Part shown: piece by piece, positions 25,269 through 34,872 of the stretch
How the letters are laid out: every line of letters starts with the position of its first letter
How positions within the stretch are numbered: position 1 is the stretch's first letter
Virus record (IMG/VR): IMGVR_UViG_2875722834_000003
Span: 1-39,463 of that record
Origin: a virus
Lineage: Duplodnaviria; Heunggongvirae; Uroviricota; Caudoviricetes
Length of the DNA: 39,463 nucleotides
Reading direction: 5' to 3' (one strand)
Translations under genes and position numbers: made by a program
Notes under the pieces: model-generated
Seen by the model: only the letters and a program-made list of their open reading frames with translations
Databases searched by the model: none
What the model was told of the DNA's origin: nothing

Positions 25269-26522
25269 ATGGCTAACCAATTAGCAAAAGACCTTGAAAT
25301 CATGTTCGAAAACTACGTTGAAGGCTTTGAGGCCGCCTGCGTAGTTTCCCGTAACGCTAAAAAATTCCGTCCCGGTGATACAGCAATGCAGCGAGCAGGT
25401 GATGTTCTGTATCGTCCGCAGCATTACCACATGAACATTGAGGAAGGCCTAGACCTCAGCGGCAAAACGCCAACAGCACTGGTTCAGCGCCTTGTTCCTT
25501 CTGTGTTCAAGGAGCCGAAAAACATTCTGTACACTCTGGATGCGCGTGAAATGCGTGACCCGGAACATAAAACTGAAGCTGGTCGCGCCGCAGGTATGCG
25601 CCTTGCTGCACAGATTGACTCTGACCTGATTTCCATGGTTACGCAGCGTGCTACTAACGTGATCACGATGGCTGACTCAACCACAGGTTCACAGGGCCGT
25701 GATTTGTGGAACTGTGCGGCAGGTATTGATGCCACCATGACGGCGATTGGTGTACCTCAGGGTATCAACCGTCGCTCTTTCTGGAACCCCTTCAACTACA
25801 AAGACCTTGCTGGCGAGCTTGGTCACCGTGCCTATGCTCAGGGCGCAACCCTGACAGCATACGAAAAAGCGCAAATCCCTCCGGTTGCGTCCTTCGATAG
25901 CTACAAGACCGATATTTCTGGTCGTGTTCCGAAGGGTACAGCAACTTCCATTACGCTGGCAGCAGCACCTGCGCACAAGGTTGAAGCGAAAGATGCTAAC
26001 GATATGCCAGTGGATAACCGGCAGGGGACCATTACGGTATCTGCTGAAGGTTTGCAGGTTGGCGATGCGTTTACCATCGCAGGGGTGAATTCTGTACACC
26101 AGATCACCAAAGATACCACCGGGCAGCCGCAGGTATTCCGCGTTCTGGCAGTAAGCGGAACGACAGTAACTATCTCCCCGAAAATTCTGCCGCCTGACAA
26201 CGCGGATGTCGCCAGCCGACCATATGCAAACGTTGATGCTAATGCGGCAAGTAGCGCAGCAATCACCATTCTCAACAAAAATGCCGCACCGGCTAACCTG
26301 TTCTGGGCTGATGGTTCTGTTGAACTGATGTACGGCAAGCTGGCGTTCCCAACTGGTCAGGGTCCACAGGTAATGACAGCAACCACCGAGCAGGGCGCTA
26401 CGCTGATCATGTCTTACGCCTTCGACCACATCAAAGGTGTAACCACTGCGCGTTTCACCACCCTGTACGGTTGCTCTGTACTTGTTCCTGAATATACGGG
26501 CATCGTTATTGCCGGGCAGTAA
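25269..26522 (+). CDS. Major coat protein (P22 gp5 type)
   Basis: 417 aa; position after scaffold; recalled resemblance to P22/Sf6 coat; followed by a strong terminator hairpin. Confidence 0.85.
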   Translation: MANQLAKDLEIMFENYVEGFEAACVVSRNAKKFRPGDTAMQRAGDVLYRPQHYHMNIEEGLDLSGKTPTALVQRLVPSVFKEPKNILYTLDAREMRDPEHKTEAGRAAGMRLAAQIDSDLISMVTQRATNVITMADSTTGSQGRDLWNCAAGIDATMTAIGVPQGINRRSFWNPFNYKDLAGELGHRAYAQGATLTAYEKAQIPPVASFDSYKTDISGRVPKGTATSITLAAAPAHKVEAKDANDMPVDNRQGTITVSAEGLQVGDAFTIAGVNSVHQITKDTTGQPQVFRVLAVSGTTVTISPKILPPDNADVASRPYANVDANAASSAAITILNKNAAPANLFWADGSVELMYGKLAFPTGQGPQVMTATTEQGATLIMSYAFDHIKGVTTARFTTLYGCSVLVPEYTGIVIAGQ

Positions 26523-26527
26523 TTTTG

Positions 26528-26550
26528 GTGGGGCTTCGGCCCCATTTTTA
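26528..26550 (+). terminator. Intrinsic terminator after the coat gene
   Basis: GTGGGGC-TTCG-GCCCCAT stem-loop (UUCG tetraloop) followed by TTTTTA. Confidence 0.6.
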
Positions 26551-26563
26551 TTGGGAGAAGACA

Positions 26564-26752
26564 ATGGCACGAACAATGCTCTATAAGCCTGGCAACATGA
26601 TCACCTGTGGTCAGTTTGCTGTCGATTACATCATTGTTGATGACGAAGAAGTTAAATCTCACCTGAAAAAAGGCTGGGTAAAAACTCCTGAAGAAACCGC
26701 AACGAAGCATAAAGTGGCTAAGGCGGAAGAAGATGGCGAAAACGAAGGGTGA
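26564..26752 (+). CDS. Hypothetical small protein (62 aa)
   Basis: ORF track 26525..26752; ATG 26564 with GGGAGAAG upstream; MARTMLYKPGNMITCGQFAVDYIIVDDEEV... Confidence 0.5.
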   Translation: MARTMLYKPGNMITCGQFAVDYIIVDDEEVKSHLKKGWVKTPEETATKHKVAKAEEDGENEG

Positions 26753-27194
26753 TCTCGTTCTTAAGGCTTTACGAAAAGCCGGGCTGTATTCCAATGCCAC
26801 GTTGACAGATGCTGACCCTCAGGCAATTGAAGATGCCATTAATGACCTCGAAGACATGATGGCAGCATGGCAGGCTAAAGGTATCGAGCTTGGATATCAG
26901 TTTGCTGATACAGAAAACGGCATCATGCCGTTACCTGACGATGATTCAGGTATCCCTGCATGGGCAAATGATGGCGTCGCTTTGAAACTCGCTGTGCAAG
27001 TGTGCATGGATAACGTCATTCAGCCGTCAGACGCTCTCCTTACCGCTGCTGACAGTGCATATCAGACAATCTGTATCGCTTTAACCAAAATACCACCACT
27101 TGAGCGGCGAAATGACATGCCTCGCGGTAGTGGTAACAAAAGCGCGTTTACGTGGAATCGGTTTTACATCGAGAAAGATGATCCGAGTACGTGA
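26733..27194 (+). CDS. Head completion / tail adaptor protein (P22 gp4 type)
   Basis: 153 aa MAKTKGDLVLKALRKAGLYSNATLTDADPQAIEDAINDLEDMMAAW... resembles recalled P22 gp4. Confidence 0.75.
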   Translation: MAKTKGDLVLKALRKAGLYSNATLTDADPQAIEDAINDLEDMMAAWQAKGIELGYQFADTENGIMPLPDDDSGIPAWANDGVALKLAVQVCMDNVIQPSDALLTAADSAYQTICIALTKIPPLERRNDMPRGSGNKSAFTWNRFYIEKDDPST

Positions 27195-27203
27195 GGTGAA
27201 TAA

Positions 27204-28622
27204 ATGCCGATTCAGCAACTTCCGCTTATGAAAGGTGTCGGCAAAGACTTTCGAAACGCCGACTATATCGACTATCTGCCAGTGAATATGCTGGCTACAC
27301 CAAAAGAAATCCTTAACAGCAGCGGATATCTTCGCTCATTCCCGGGCATTGCCAAACGTTCTGATGTGAACGGTATATCGCGCGGCGTCGAGTACAACAT
27401 GGCGCAGAGTGCTGTATATCGCGTGTGTGGGGGCAAGCTGTACAAAGGAGAAAGTGAAGTCGGTGATGTTGCCGGAAGTGGTCGTGTATCAATGGCGCAT
27501 GGTCGGACATCTCAGGCTGTAGGCGTTAATGGCCAACTGGTCGAGTATCGTTATGATGGCACGGTTAAAACAGTCTCAAACTGGCCTACAGACAGCGGAT
27601 TCACGCAGTATGAGTTAGGTTCTGTTCGTGACATTACGCGCTTACGCGGGCGTTATGCGTGGTCAAAAGACGGCACTGATTCATGGTTTATCACTGACCT
27701 TGAAGACGAATCGCATCCTGACCGCTACAGCGCACAATATCGCGCAGAATCGCAGCCGGACGGTATCCTCGGCATCGGCACATGGCGAGACTTCATCGTC
27801 TGCTTTGGTTCATCGACGATTGAATATTTCTCCCTGACTGGTGCAACCACCGTTGGTGCAGCTTTGTATGTCGCACAGCCATCACTGATGGTGCAAAAAG
27901 GCATCGCCGGGACTTACTGCAAAACGCCATTCGCTGATTCCTATGCGTTTATCAGCAATCCGGCAACAGGTGCGCCGTCTGTGTATATCATCGGCTCCGG
28001 TCAGGTATCACCAATCGCCAGCGCGAGCATTGAGAAAATACTACGCTCCTACACTGCTGATGAACTGGCTGATGGCGTGATGGAATCGTTGCGCTTTGAT
28101 GCTCATGAGTTGCTGATTATCCACCTGCCTCGCCACGTCCTAGTGTATGACGCATCTTCAAGCGCTAATGGTCCGCAATGGTGTGTGCTGAAAACAGGCC
28201 TGTATGACGATGTGTACCGCGCTATCGACTTCATTTACGAAGGCAATCAGATAACGTGCGGCGATAAGCTGGAATCTGTTACCGGGAAACTGCAATTCGA
28301 CATCAGCAGCCAGTACGACAAGCAACAAGAACACCTGCTGTTTACTCCGTTGTTCAAAGCAGATAACGCCAGAGTTTTCGACCTTGAAGTTGAGTCGTCA
28401 ACTGGCGTTGCGCAGTATGCTGACCGCCTGTTCCTCTCTGCAACCACTGACGGCATCAATTACGGACGTGAGCAGATGATTGAGCAGAATGAACCGTTCG
28501 TTTACGACAAACGCGTTTTGTGGAAGCGAGTCGGGCGCATCAGGAAAAATGTCGGCTTCAAATTGCGCGTTATCACGAAGTCACCTGTCACTCTGTCTGG
28601 TTGCCAGATAAGGATTGAGTAA
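27204..28622 (+). CDS. Packaged-DNA stabilisation / tail hub protein (P22 gp10 type)
   Basis: 472 aa, same length and position as P22 gp10. Confidence 0.75.
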   Translation: MPIQQLPLMKGVGKDFRNADYIDYLPVNMLATPKEILNSSGYLRSFPGIAKRSDVNGISRGVEYNMAQSAVYRVCGGKLYKGESEVGDVAGSGRVSMAHGRTSQAVGVNGQLVEYRYDGTVKTVSNWPTDSGFTQYELGSVRDITRLRGRYAWSKDGTDSWFITDLEDESHPDRYSAQYRAESQPDGILGIGTWRDFIVCFGSSTIEYFSLTGATTVGAALYVAQPSLMVQKGIAGTYCKTPFADSYAFISNPATGAPSVYIIGSGQVSPIASASIEKILRSYTADELADGVMESLRFDAHELLIIHLPRHVLVYDASSSANGPQWCVLKTGLYDDVYRAIDFIYEGNQITCGDKLESVTGKLQFDISSQYDKQQEHLLFTPLFKADNARVFDLEVESSTGVAQYADRLFLSATTDGINYGREQMIEQNEPFVYDKRVLWKRVGRIRKNVGFKLRVITKSPVTLSGCQIRIE

Positions 28623-29323
28623 TGGCGGATTCGAATCTCAATGTGCCGGTAATCATCCAAGCTACGCGGCTCGATACATCAATCCTTCCACGCAATATAT
28701 TCAGCCAGTCTTACCTGCTGTATGTCATAAATCAGGGTGCTGATGTTGGCGCAATTGCCGGGAAGGCAAATCAGGCTGGTCAGGGCGCTTACGATGCTCA
28801 GGTGAAAAACGATGAACAGGATGTCGAACTGGCTGACCACGATGCAAGAATCTCCGCAAACACAAAAGCGATAAATCTCCTTGAGGTCAGGTTAACAACT
28901 GCCGAAGGGAAGATAGTCGTACTGCGTAGCGATGTTGATTACTTGCTGGATGAGGTTATCGATATTCAGGCGCATCTGGTCACTGTTGACCAAAGACTGG
29001 ATGGCGTAGAAAGCGATGTATCTGACATTAAGAGTGATTACGTATCGAAAACTGTAACCGAATCGCAGTCTCTTGCGTCACCGCTGGATGTAAAAACATC
29101 ATATTCAGTTGATGGAATTCAGGTTGTTGGAGCAAGAAATACCGGATGGACTGCAGCCACAGGTACGCCACTTCTTGGCTCATTCAACGCTAACCAGTCA
29201 TACACTGTCGGCACTACGTACACACAATCCGAAGTCGCAGCTCTCGCTACAGGTTTGCAGCAGGCGCGGCAGCGTATTCTGGCGCTTGAAACGGCACTTA
29301 GATTACATGGGCTGATTGACTGA
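28622..29323 (+). CDS. Tail needle protein (P22 gp26 type)
   Basis: 233 aa [73 protein letters not shown]... matches recalled P22 gp26, including C-terminal ...LRLHGLID. Confidence 0.85.
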   Translation: MADSNLNVPVIIQATRLDTSILPRNIFSQSYLLYVINQGADVGAIAGKANQAGQGAYDAQVKNDEQDVELADHDARISANTKAINLLEVRLTTAEGKIVVLRSDVDYLLDEVIDIQAHLVTVDQRLDGVESDVSDIKSDYVSKTVTESQSLASPLDVKTSYSVDGIQVVGARNTGWTAATGTPLLGSFNANQSYTVGTTYTQSEVAALATGLQQARQRILALETALRLHGLID

Positions 29324-29778
29324 TGATTACATTCAAACCAACGCGAAACATCGACCTGATCGAAGCAGTCGGAAATCACCCTGACATTATTGCCGGAAGC
29401 AACAACGGTGATGGATACGACTACAAGCCTGAATGCCGTTACTTCGAGGTGAACGTGCACGGGCAGTTCGGCGGCATTGTTTACTATCAGGAGATTCAGC
29501 CGCTGACCTTTGATTGCCACGCCATGTACCTGCCAGAGATTCGCGGATTCAGCAAGGAAATCGGGCTGGCTTTCTGGCGATACATTCTGACTAACACCAC
29601 CGTTCAGTGCGTCACATCGTTCGCTGCACGCAAATTCCGCCACGGGCAGATGTACTGCGCAATGATTGGCCTTAAGCGTGTAGGAACCATCAAGAAATAC
29701 TTCAAAGGCGTGGATGACGTGACGTTTTACAGCGCCACACGCGAAGAACTAATCGACTTCCTGAATCACGGGAGATAG
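29323..29778 (+). CDS. gp14-position protein (P22-like head assembly/ejection accessory)
   Basis: 151 aa, between the needle and ejection-protein genes as in P22. Confidence 0.6.
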   Translation: MITFKPTRNIDLIEAVGNHPDIIAGSNNGDGYDYKPECRYFEVNVHGQFGGIVYYQEIQPLTFDCHAMYLPEIRGFSKEIGLAFWRYILTNTTVQCVTSFAARKFRHGQMYCAMIGLKRVGTIKKYFKGVDDVTFYSATREELIDFLNHGR

Positions 29779-29780
29779 CC

Positions 29781-30473
29781 ATGTTATATGCATTTAAGCT
29801 GGGCAGAAAACTGCGCGGCGAGGAACCTTATTGCCCTGAAAAAGGCGGGAAAGGTGGCAGCTCTGATAAAAGCGCAAAGTATGCAGCAGAAGCTCAGAAG
29901 TATGCCGCAGACCTGCAAAATCAGCAGTGGCAGACGATCATGAAAAACCTTGCTCCGTTCACGCCGCTTGCGGAGCAGTATGTTAACCAGCTTCAGAACC
30001 TTTCCAGTTTAGAAGGTCAGGGGCAGGCACTTAATCAGTATTACAACTCTCAGCAGTATAAAGACCTTGCAGGTCAGGCTCGTTACCAGAGTCTTGCTGC
30101 TGCGGAGGCGACGGGTGGACTTGGTTCGACAGCCACAAGCAATCAACTGGCTACGATCGCGCCGACACTCGGTCAGTCTTGGTTATCAAATCAGATGAGC
30201 AATTACAACAATCTGGCAAACGTTGGGCTTGGTGCGCTGCAAGGTCAGGCAAACGCTGGGCAGACATACGCCAACAACATGAGCAGCATTGCACAGCAAA
30301 GCGCAGCACTTGCCGCTGCTAATGCCAATAAACCATCAAGTCTTCAGACTGCAATTAGCGGTGGCACGTCTGGTGCGATTGCCGGTGCAGGTCTTGCCAG
30401 CCTTTTGGGAACATCAACGCCTTGGGGCGCTGGCATTGGTGCTGGTATCGGATTGCTTGGCTCGTTGTTTTAA
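29781..30473 (+). CDS. Ejection protein (P22 gp7 type)
   Basis: 230 aa, Gln/Ala/Gly-rich low-complexity protein at the gp7 position. Confidence 0.7.
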   Translation: MLYAFKLGRKLRGEEPYCPEKGGKGGSSDKSAKYAAEAQKYAADLQNQQWQTIMKNLAPFTPLAEQYVNQLQNLSSLEGQGQALNQYYNSQQYKDLAGQARYQSLAAAEATGGLGSTATSNQLATIAPTLGQSWLSNQMSNYNNLANVGLGALQGQANAGQTYANNMSSIAQQSAALAAANANKPSSLQTAISGGTSGAIAGAGLASLLGTSTPWGAGIGAGIGLLGSLF

Positions 30474-30482
30474 GGGGTAATC

Positions 30483-31871
30483 ATGGCTACTTGGCAAGGA
30501 ACAAACGGCGGATTGTTGGCTGGTATCGGCGGCGTCAACTCAAACGCTCCGAGCGTAAATGACATCGGCAATACGCTTCAGCTTATCAGGCAGAACAATG
30601 ATATTGAGCGTTCAGGCGCTAACAATGTTGGGCTGACTGCTTTGCAAGGCCTTTCAGGTATTGCGGGGGTGTTTCAGCAGGAAAAGCAGGCTCAGCGGCA
30701 GAAAGAATTTCAGCAGGCGTACGCTAATGCTTATGCGTCTGGTGATCGCAGTGCTTTGCGTCAGTTGGCTACTCAATATCCAGAACAGATTGAATCCGTT
30801 CGTAAAGGCATGGGATTCATTGATGAAGATCAGCGTAATTCTATCGGCACCTTAGCGGCTGGCGCACGCCTTGCGTCATCGTCTCCAGAAGCAATGCAAT
30901 CATGGCTGCAAAACAACGCCAAGGAACTGACTCGCGTCGGTGTTGACCCTAACAGCGTTGCTCAGATGTATCAGCAGAATCCTTCAGGATTTGGTGAGTT
31001 TGTTGATCACCTTGGGATGGCTGCTCTCGGTCCGATTGACTACTTCAATGTTCAGGACAAGATGGCTGGTCGTGAGATTGATCGCGGAAAACTTGCAGAG
31101 ACAATCCGCAGCAATCAGGCTGGCGAGGCGCTAACAGCACGAGGCCAGAACATCACGATGCGCGGTCAGGACTTATCTGCTTCTACTGCGCGACGCGGGC
31201 AGGATTTGGCAATGCAGCGAGCGTCAACAAGAGGAACCGCTGGGAATGATGAGCGTACAGTTCAGTTATCAGATGGCAGAACTGTAACGGTAGGCGGGAA
31301 ACTTCACGGCGCTGGGGCTAATGCGTTCTACGAAGGCATTGACAACGAGGGGAATATGGTTCGCGTTCCTGCCAGTTCAATCGCAGCGCCTGCAACATCG
31401 TCTGCATCAGCACAAAACTATGCCATGAAGAAGGATATCGACGCGATCGCAAATGCAGACGCTTCTGCTCTCGATTTCATGACAGGAATGACAGGCGGTG
31501 CAGGTAATCCAGCAATTGGTGCTGATGTTCGCAGCCGATTAACAGGAAAAGAGCAGCGCCAGTTATATAACTCAGCACAACGTATTCAGGGAAGAATGCA
31601 GAATCAGGGCGTGGCGGCAGCAAGGGACATGGGTGCCAGTGGTATTAACACCGTTGCAGAAGCGAAGATGTATTTTCAGGGGATGCCGCAGGTTGACTAT
31701 TCAAGCCCGGAGGCTATGCAGCAGTCGATTCGTGAGATTCAGGAATACACCAACAATTACAACCAACAATATAACGTTAATGTTGGTAAATCTCAGCGGC
31801 AGCAATCTCAACCTGCACAGGTATCACAGCCAGCAGCCAGCAGTAACTTTTCTTCACTATGGGGTGATTAA
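30483..31871 (+). CDS. Ejection protein (P22 gp20 type)
   Basis: 462 aa, at the gp20 position and of similar size (recalled 471 aa in P22). Confidence 0.7.
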   Translation: MATWQGTNGGLLAGIGGVNSNAPSVNDIGNTLQLIRQNNDIERSGANNVGLTALQGLSGIAGVFQQEKQAQRQKEFQQAYANAYASGDRSALRQLATQYPEQIESVRKGMGFIDEDQRNSIGTLAAGARLASSSPEAMQSWLQNNAKELTRVGVDPNSVAQMYQQNPSGFGEFVDHLGMAALGPIDYFNVQDKMAGREIDRGKLAETIRSNQAGEALTARGQNITMRGQDLSASTARRGQDLAMQRASTRGTAGNDERTVQLSDGRTVTVGGKLHGAGANAFYEGIDNEGNMVRVPASSIAAPATSSASAQNYAMKKDIDAIANADASALDFMTGMTGGAGNPAIGADVRSRLTGKEQRQLYNSAQRIQGRMQNQGVAAARDMGASGINTVAEAKMYFQGMPQVDYSSPEAMQQSIREIQEYTNNYNQQYNVNVGKSQRQQSQPAQVSQPAASSNFSSLWGD

Positions 31872-33868
31872 TGGCTAAAGCATGGAAAGATGTTATCGCC
31901 TCTCCACAGTATCAGGCGTTAGCACCAGAACAAAAAGCGCAGGCTCAGGAGCAATACTTCAATGAAGTCGTGGCCCCGCAAGCCGGAGAAAATGCAGAGC
32001 AGGCCAAACAAGCTTTCTATGCTGCCTATCCATTGCCATCTGTGCAGCCAGTGGAGACACAGCAACCAGTATCACAGCAACAACCACAGCAAAGTGGATT
32101 TATGTCTGATCTTGGTGAAGCCGTGAAAGAAACTGGTCGCGGACTGGTGCAGGCTGGCGTGAACGTGGCAAACATACCTGCATCAGTTGCCGATGCTGTA
32201 ACAAGCGCGGCGGCTTGGGCCGGAGGTAAACTCGGTATTGGCGATGGAACATATCAACCAGCGCCACGAGTAACAACGCAGGGATTAGAGCATGACTTTG
32301 GCCTTCAGCAAGGCGCGCTGACTCCACAAACTACAGAGGGCAGGGTATTTGCTGAGGCATTGCCTTACCTCACTCCTGCTGGCATTGAGAGAGCGGCAAC
32401 ACAGGCACCAACACTTGCTGGTCGAATTGCTCAGGGGGCAACTCGACTTCTCTCAGAAAACGCAGTTGGATCACTTGCTGCAAACAGTATGAAAGATGAT
32501 GCGGAAGCACTCGCTACCGATTTAGGTGTTGGCGTTCTGGCAGGCGGCGCTATTAACGCTGCTGGACGTGGTTTAGGTGCTGCTTATCGTGGCGTTCGCG
32601 GTGCTATTGCGCCAGAAGCGCAGCAAGCTATCAGATTTGCAGAGCGTGAAGGAGTTCCTCTGCACACCACAGACCTGTTACAACCCACTTCCCGCGTCGG
32701 AAAAATGGCGCAGACTACAGCAGAAAATATCCCTCTGGCTGGCACAAGCGGAATGAGAGCAACGCAACAGGAAGCGAGAAGCCAGTTGGTGCAGAGATTT
32801 GCCGATAAATTCGGTGAGTATGATCCAGCGGTTGTTATTGACAGCCTTAAAGCGAAAACATCAGGAATTCGTCGTGCCGCCGGTAATCGACTGGAGCAGG
32901 TTCAGAATGCTATGGCTGGAGTAAACATTCAGCCTGCGCGAGCAATTCAGCAGATTGATACAGAAATATCTAACCTGCAGAAGCTTGGTAAGGTCGCCGA
33001 TAACGAGACTATTTCAAAACTTCAGTCCTATCGTGATGAGCTTGTTCGCAATGCTGGTCCTGATGGTCCGGTAAATCTGGATTTGAAGCAATTAAGCGAT
33101 CTGCGCAGCCAGTTCAGAATGGACGTGAAGGGTGAACGACCAGTGTTACCAAACCGTTCCGATGCTGCCATTCAGCGCGTTTACAAGGCGATGACAGACG
33201 ATATCAATGGTGCCATTGGTCAGAATCTTGGCAACGATACTCTCCGTAAATATCAGCAGGCCAATGCCGTATACGCTGACGAAGCGGCGAAACTAAAGAA
33301 TACCAGGCTGAAGAATGTTCTCATGAAAGGCGACCTGACGCCGGAAGTTGTCAACAACATGCTATTCAGCAAGAACAAATCGGAAATTAAGACGCTGTAT
33401 AACTCAGTTGGTCGTGTTGGCAGGGCGCAAATGCGCAATGGCATCATTGGAAAGGCGATGGAGAAATCTGGCGGATCCCCTGACCAGTTCCTTCGGCAGC
33501 TTAACATCCTGCAAAACCAGACTGGCATCACATTTAAAGGTCAGGAAGCCGCTTATCTGAAAGGATTGAAAAACTACCTGCAATCCACGCAGCAGGCTGC
33601 AAAAGCGGCAGTAACAACACCAACAGGGCAGCAAACCATCCCGTTCATTATCGGGTATGGGACGGCAATGAACCCGGCGACAACTGGCGCAGCGGTAAGC
33701 TACGGACTTCTTACTCGCGCCTATGAGAGCGAGCCATTCAGAAATGCAATGCTCCGAATGGCAAACACACCACGCGGATCAACAGCGTTTGAGAAAGCCA
33801 TGCAGCAGGCGCAAAAGGCCATTAACGCCCTGACTCAGGGTGCCAAGTCTGATGCGTTGTCAGAATAG
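31871..33868 (+). CDS. Ejection protein (P22 gp16 type)
   Basis: 665 aa, at the gp16 position; last gene of the rightward morphogenesis operon. Confidence 0.7.
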   Translation: MAKAWKDVIASPQYQALAPEQKAQAQEQYFNEVVAPQAGENAEQAKQAFYAAYPLPSVQPVETQQPVSQQQPQQSGFMSDLGEAVKETGRGLVQAGVNVANIPASVADAVTSAAAWAGGKLGIGDGTYQPAPRVTTQGLEHDFGLQQGALTPQTTEGRVFAEALPYLTPAGIERAATQAPTLAGRIAQGATRLLSENAVGSLAANSMKDDAEALATDLGVGVLAGGAINAAGRGLGAAYRGVRGAIAPEAQQAIRFAEREGVPLHTTDLLQPTSRVGKMAQTTAENIPLAGTSGMRATQQEARSQLVQRFADKFGEYDPAVVIDSLKAKTSGIRRAAGNRLEQVQNAMAGVNIQPARAIQQIDTEISNLQKLGKVADNETISKLQSYRDELVRNAGPDGPVNLDLKQLSDLRSQFRMDVKGERPVLPNRSDAAIQRVYKAMTDDINGAIGQNLGNDTLRKYQQANAVYADEAAKLKNTRLKNVLMKGDLTPEVVNNMLFSKNKSEIKTLYNSVGRVGRAQMRNGIIGKAMEKSGGSPDQFLRQLNILQNQTGITFKGQEAAYLKGLKNYLQSTQQAAKAAVTTPTGQQTIPFIIGYGTAMNPATTGAAVSYGLLTRAYESEPFRNAMLRMANTPRGSTAFEKAMQQAQKAINALTQGAKSDALSE

Positions 33869-33957
33869 CTTCGCAAACACCAGGAACGTGCAAAAACCAA
33901 ATATGTAGAACGCAATATTCATCATATCTCTTTGCATAAATCCTCCGTAATGGATGG

Positions 33958-34218
33958 TTAGTTGCTGTCTTTTTTATATAGCTCCTTTAGCGTGTCAAAG
34001 ACAATTTTCTTAACCATATCAGATTGTTGTTCTGCCATACGCTCTGCATCGTCAATGTAAACTGGTGCAGAGCTTTGTTTAGCCAATGATTCTTCAATCG
34101 CTGCAATTATCTCTGAGTTCAGCGACCTGTTATTCATCTTCGCGCGCTGTTTAATTTTCGCGTGGAGTTCATGCGGAAGTCTCAAGTGAAACTGCGCCTC
34201 GTCGTATTTGCTGTACAT
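33958..34218 (-). CDS. mnt: Mnt-like ribbon-helix-helix repressor
   Basis: ORF track 33958..34251; ATG 34216-34218 gives 86 aa MYSKYDEAQFHLRLPHELHAKIKQRAKMNNRSLNSEI...DDAERMAEQQSDMVKKIVFDTLKELYKK, aligning with recalled P22 Mnt (HFNFRMPMEV...NDAERLADEQSELVKKMVFDTLKDLYKK). Confidence 0.8.
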   Translation of the reverse strand: MYSKYDEAQFHLRLPHELHAKIKQRAKMNNRSLNSEIIAAIEESLAKQSSAPVYIDDAERMAEQQSDMVKKIVFDTLKELYKKDSN

Positions 34219-34291
34219 CCTTGATGCCTCACCAGTTGGGTGGAATGGCATCGTAACCTACTGGATAAATACTCAATAGTACCATTTCGGT

Positions 34292-34314
34292 ATGCAATCA
34301 CATCATGATTGCAT
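34292..34314. promoter_or_regulatory. Perfect 9-bp inverted repeat (ATGCAATCA-catca-TGATTGCAT), candidate RHH operator
   Basis: Read directly; lies in the 131-bp gap between mnt and the HNH gene. Confidence 0.5.
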
Positions 34315-34349
34315 CATATCATTCGTCTGGAGCAATGAAATGTCAGATA

Positions 34350-34850
34350 TCACCTACTCAACAGATGGTCAGCAACCATGTTTGCTGCCTTATAAGCTAT
34401 AGCAGCTTCATCAATGGTGTTGAATCTCCCAAGGGTTATGTTTTTACCTGAGACATTTATCTGAGCTTGCCATTGATTTCTGGCTTGACAGAAAGTTACC
34501 CCCTTGATTCCAGCATTGCTATTTCGAGGTCCGACATTTAATGCATTTACGACTCTGCTGACATCCCTAAGGTTTGAGATTGCGTTATTTCTTCTGTTTC
34601 TATCAATGTGGTCAATCTCTTGTTTTGGCCATTCGCCATATACATACAGCCAGGCAAGTCTATGTGCAAAATATCTTACGCCATCAATATTAATTGCGTT
34701 ATATCCATAAGAAATTGTGCCAGCAACTTTCCCAACAGCACCTCTGGCGCTTAATTTCTTTTTCCAAGTGAAAATTCCTGTTTCTTTATTGTAATCGAGA
34801 ACCTCCATAAGGCGCTCCCGAGTTACTACCTCGTGACGTCTCTTACTCAT
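34350..34850 (-). CDS. HNH endonuclease with AP2-type DNA-binding domain (homing-endonuclease-like)
   Basis: ORF track 34350..34892 begins at TTG; ATG 34848-34850 with GGAG 7 nt upstream gives 166 aa; motifs [13 protein letters not shown]...[18 protein letters not shown] (HNH) and C-terminal [15 protein letters not shown]...[17 protein letters not shown] (AP2-like); about 37 % GC. Confidence 0.75.
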   Translation of the reverse strand: MSKRRHEVVTRERLMEVLDYNKETGIFTWKKKLSARGAVGKVAGTISYGYNAINIDGVRYFAHRLAWLYVYGEWPKQEIDHIDRNRRNNAISNLRDVSRVVNALNVGPRNSNAGIKGVTFCQARNQWQAQINVSGKNITLGRFNTIDEAAIAYKAANMVADHLLSR

Positions 34851-34872
34851 TATTTTCTCCGGAATGTTTATT

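Noticed and set aside
25689-26576. 295-aa minus-strand ORF (plus 84 and 145 aa) across the coat gene
   Set aside because: Antisense to the major coat gene in the middle of a unidirectional late operon; Arg/Cys-rich composition typical of a spurious frame.
29119-29643. 174-aa minus-strand ORF across gp26/gp14
   Set aside because: Antisense to confidently placed structural genes.
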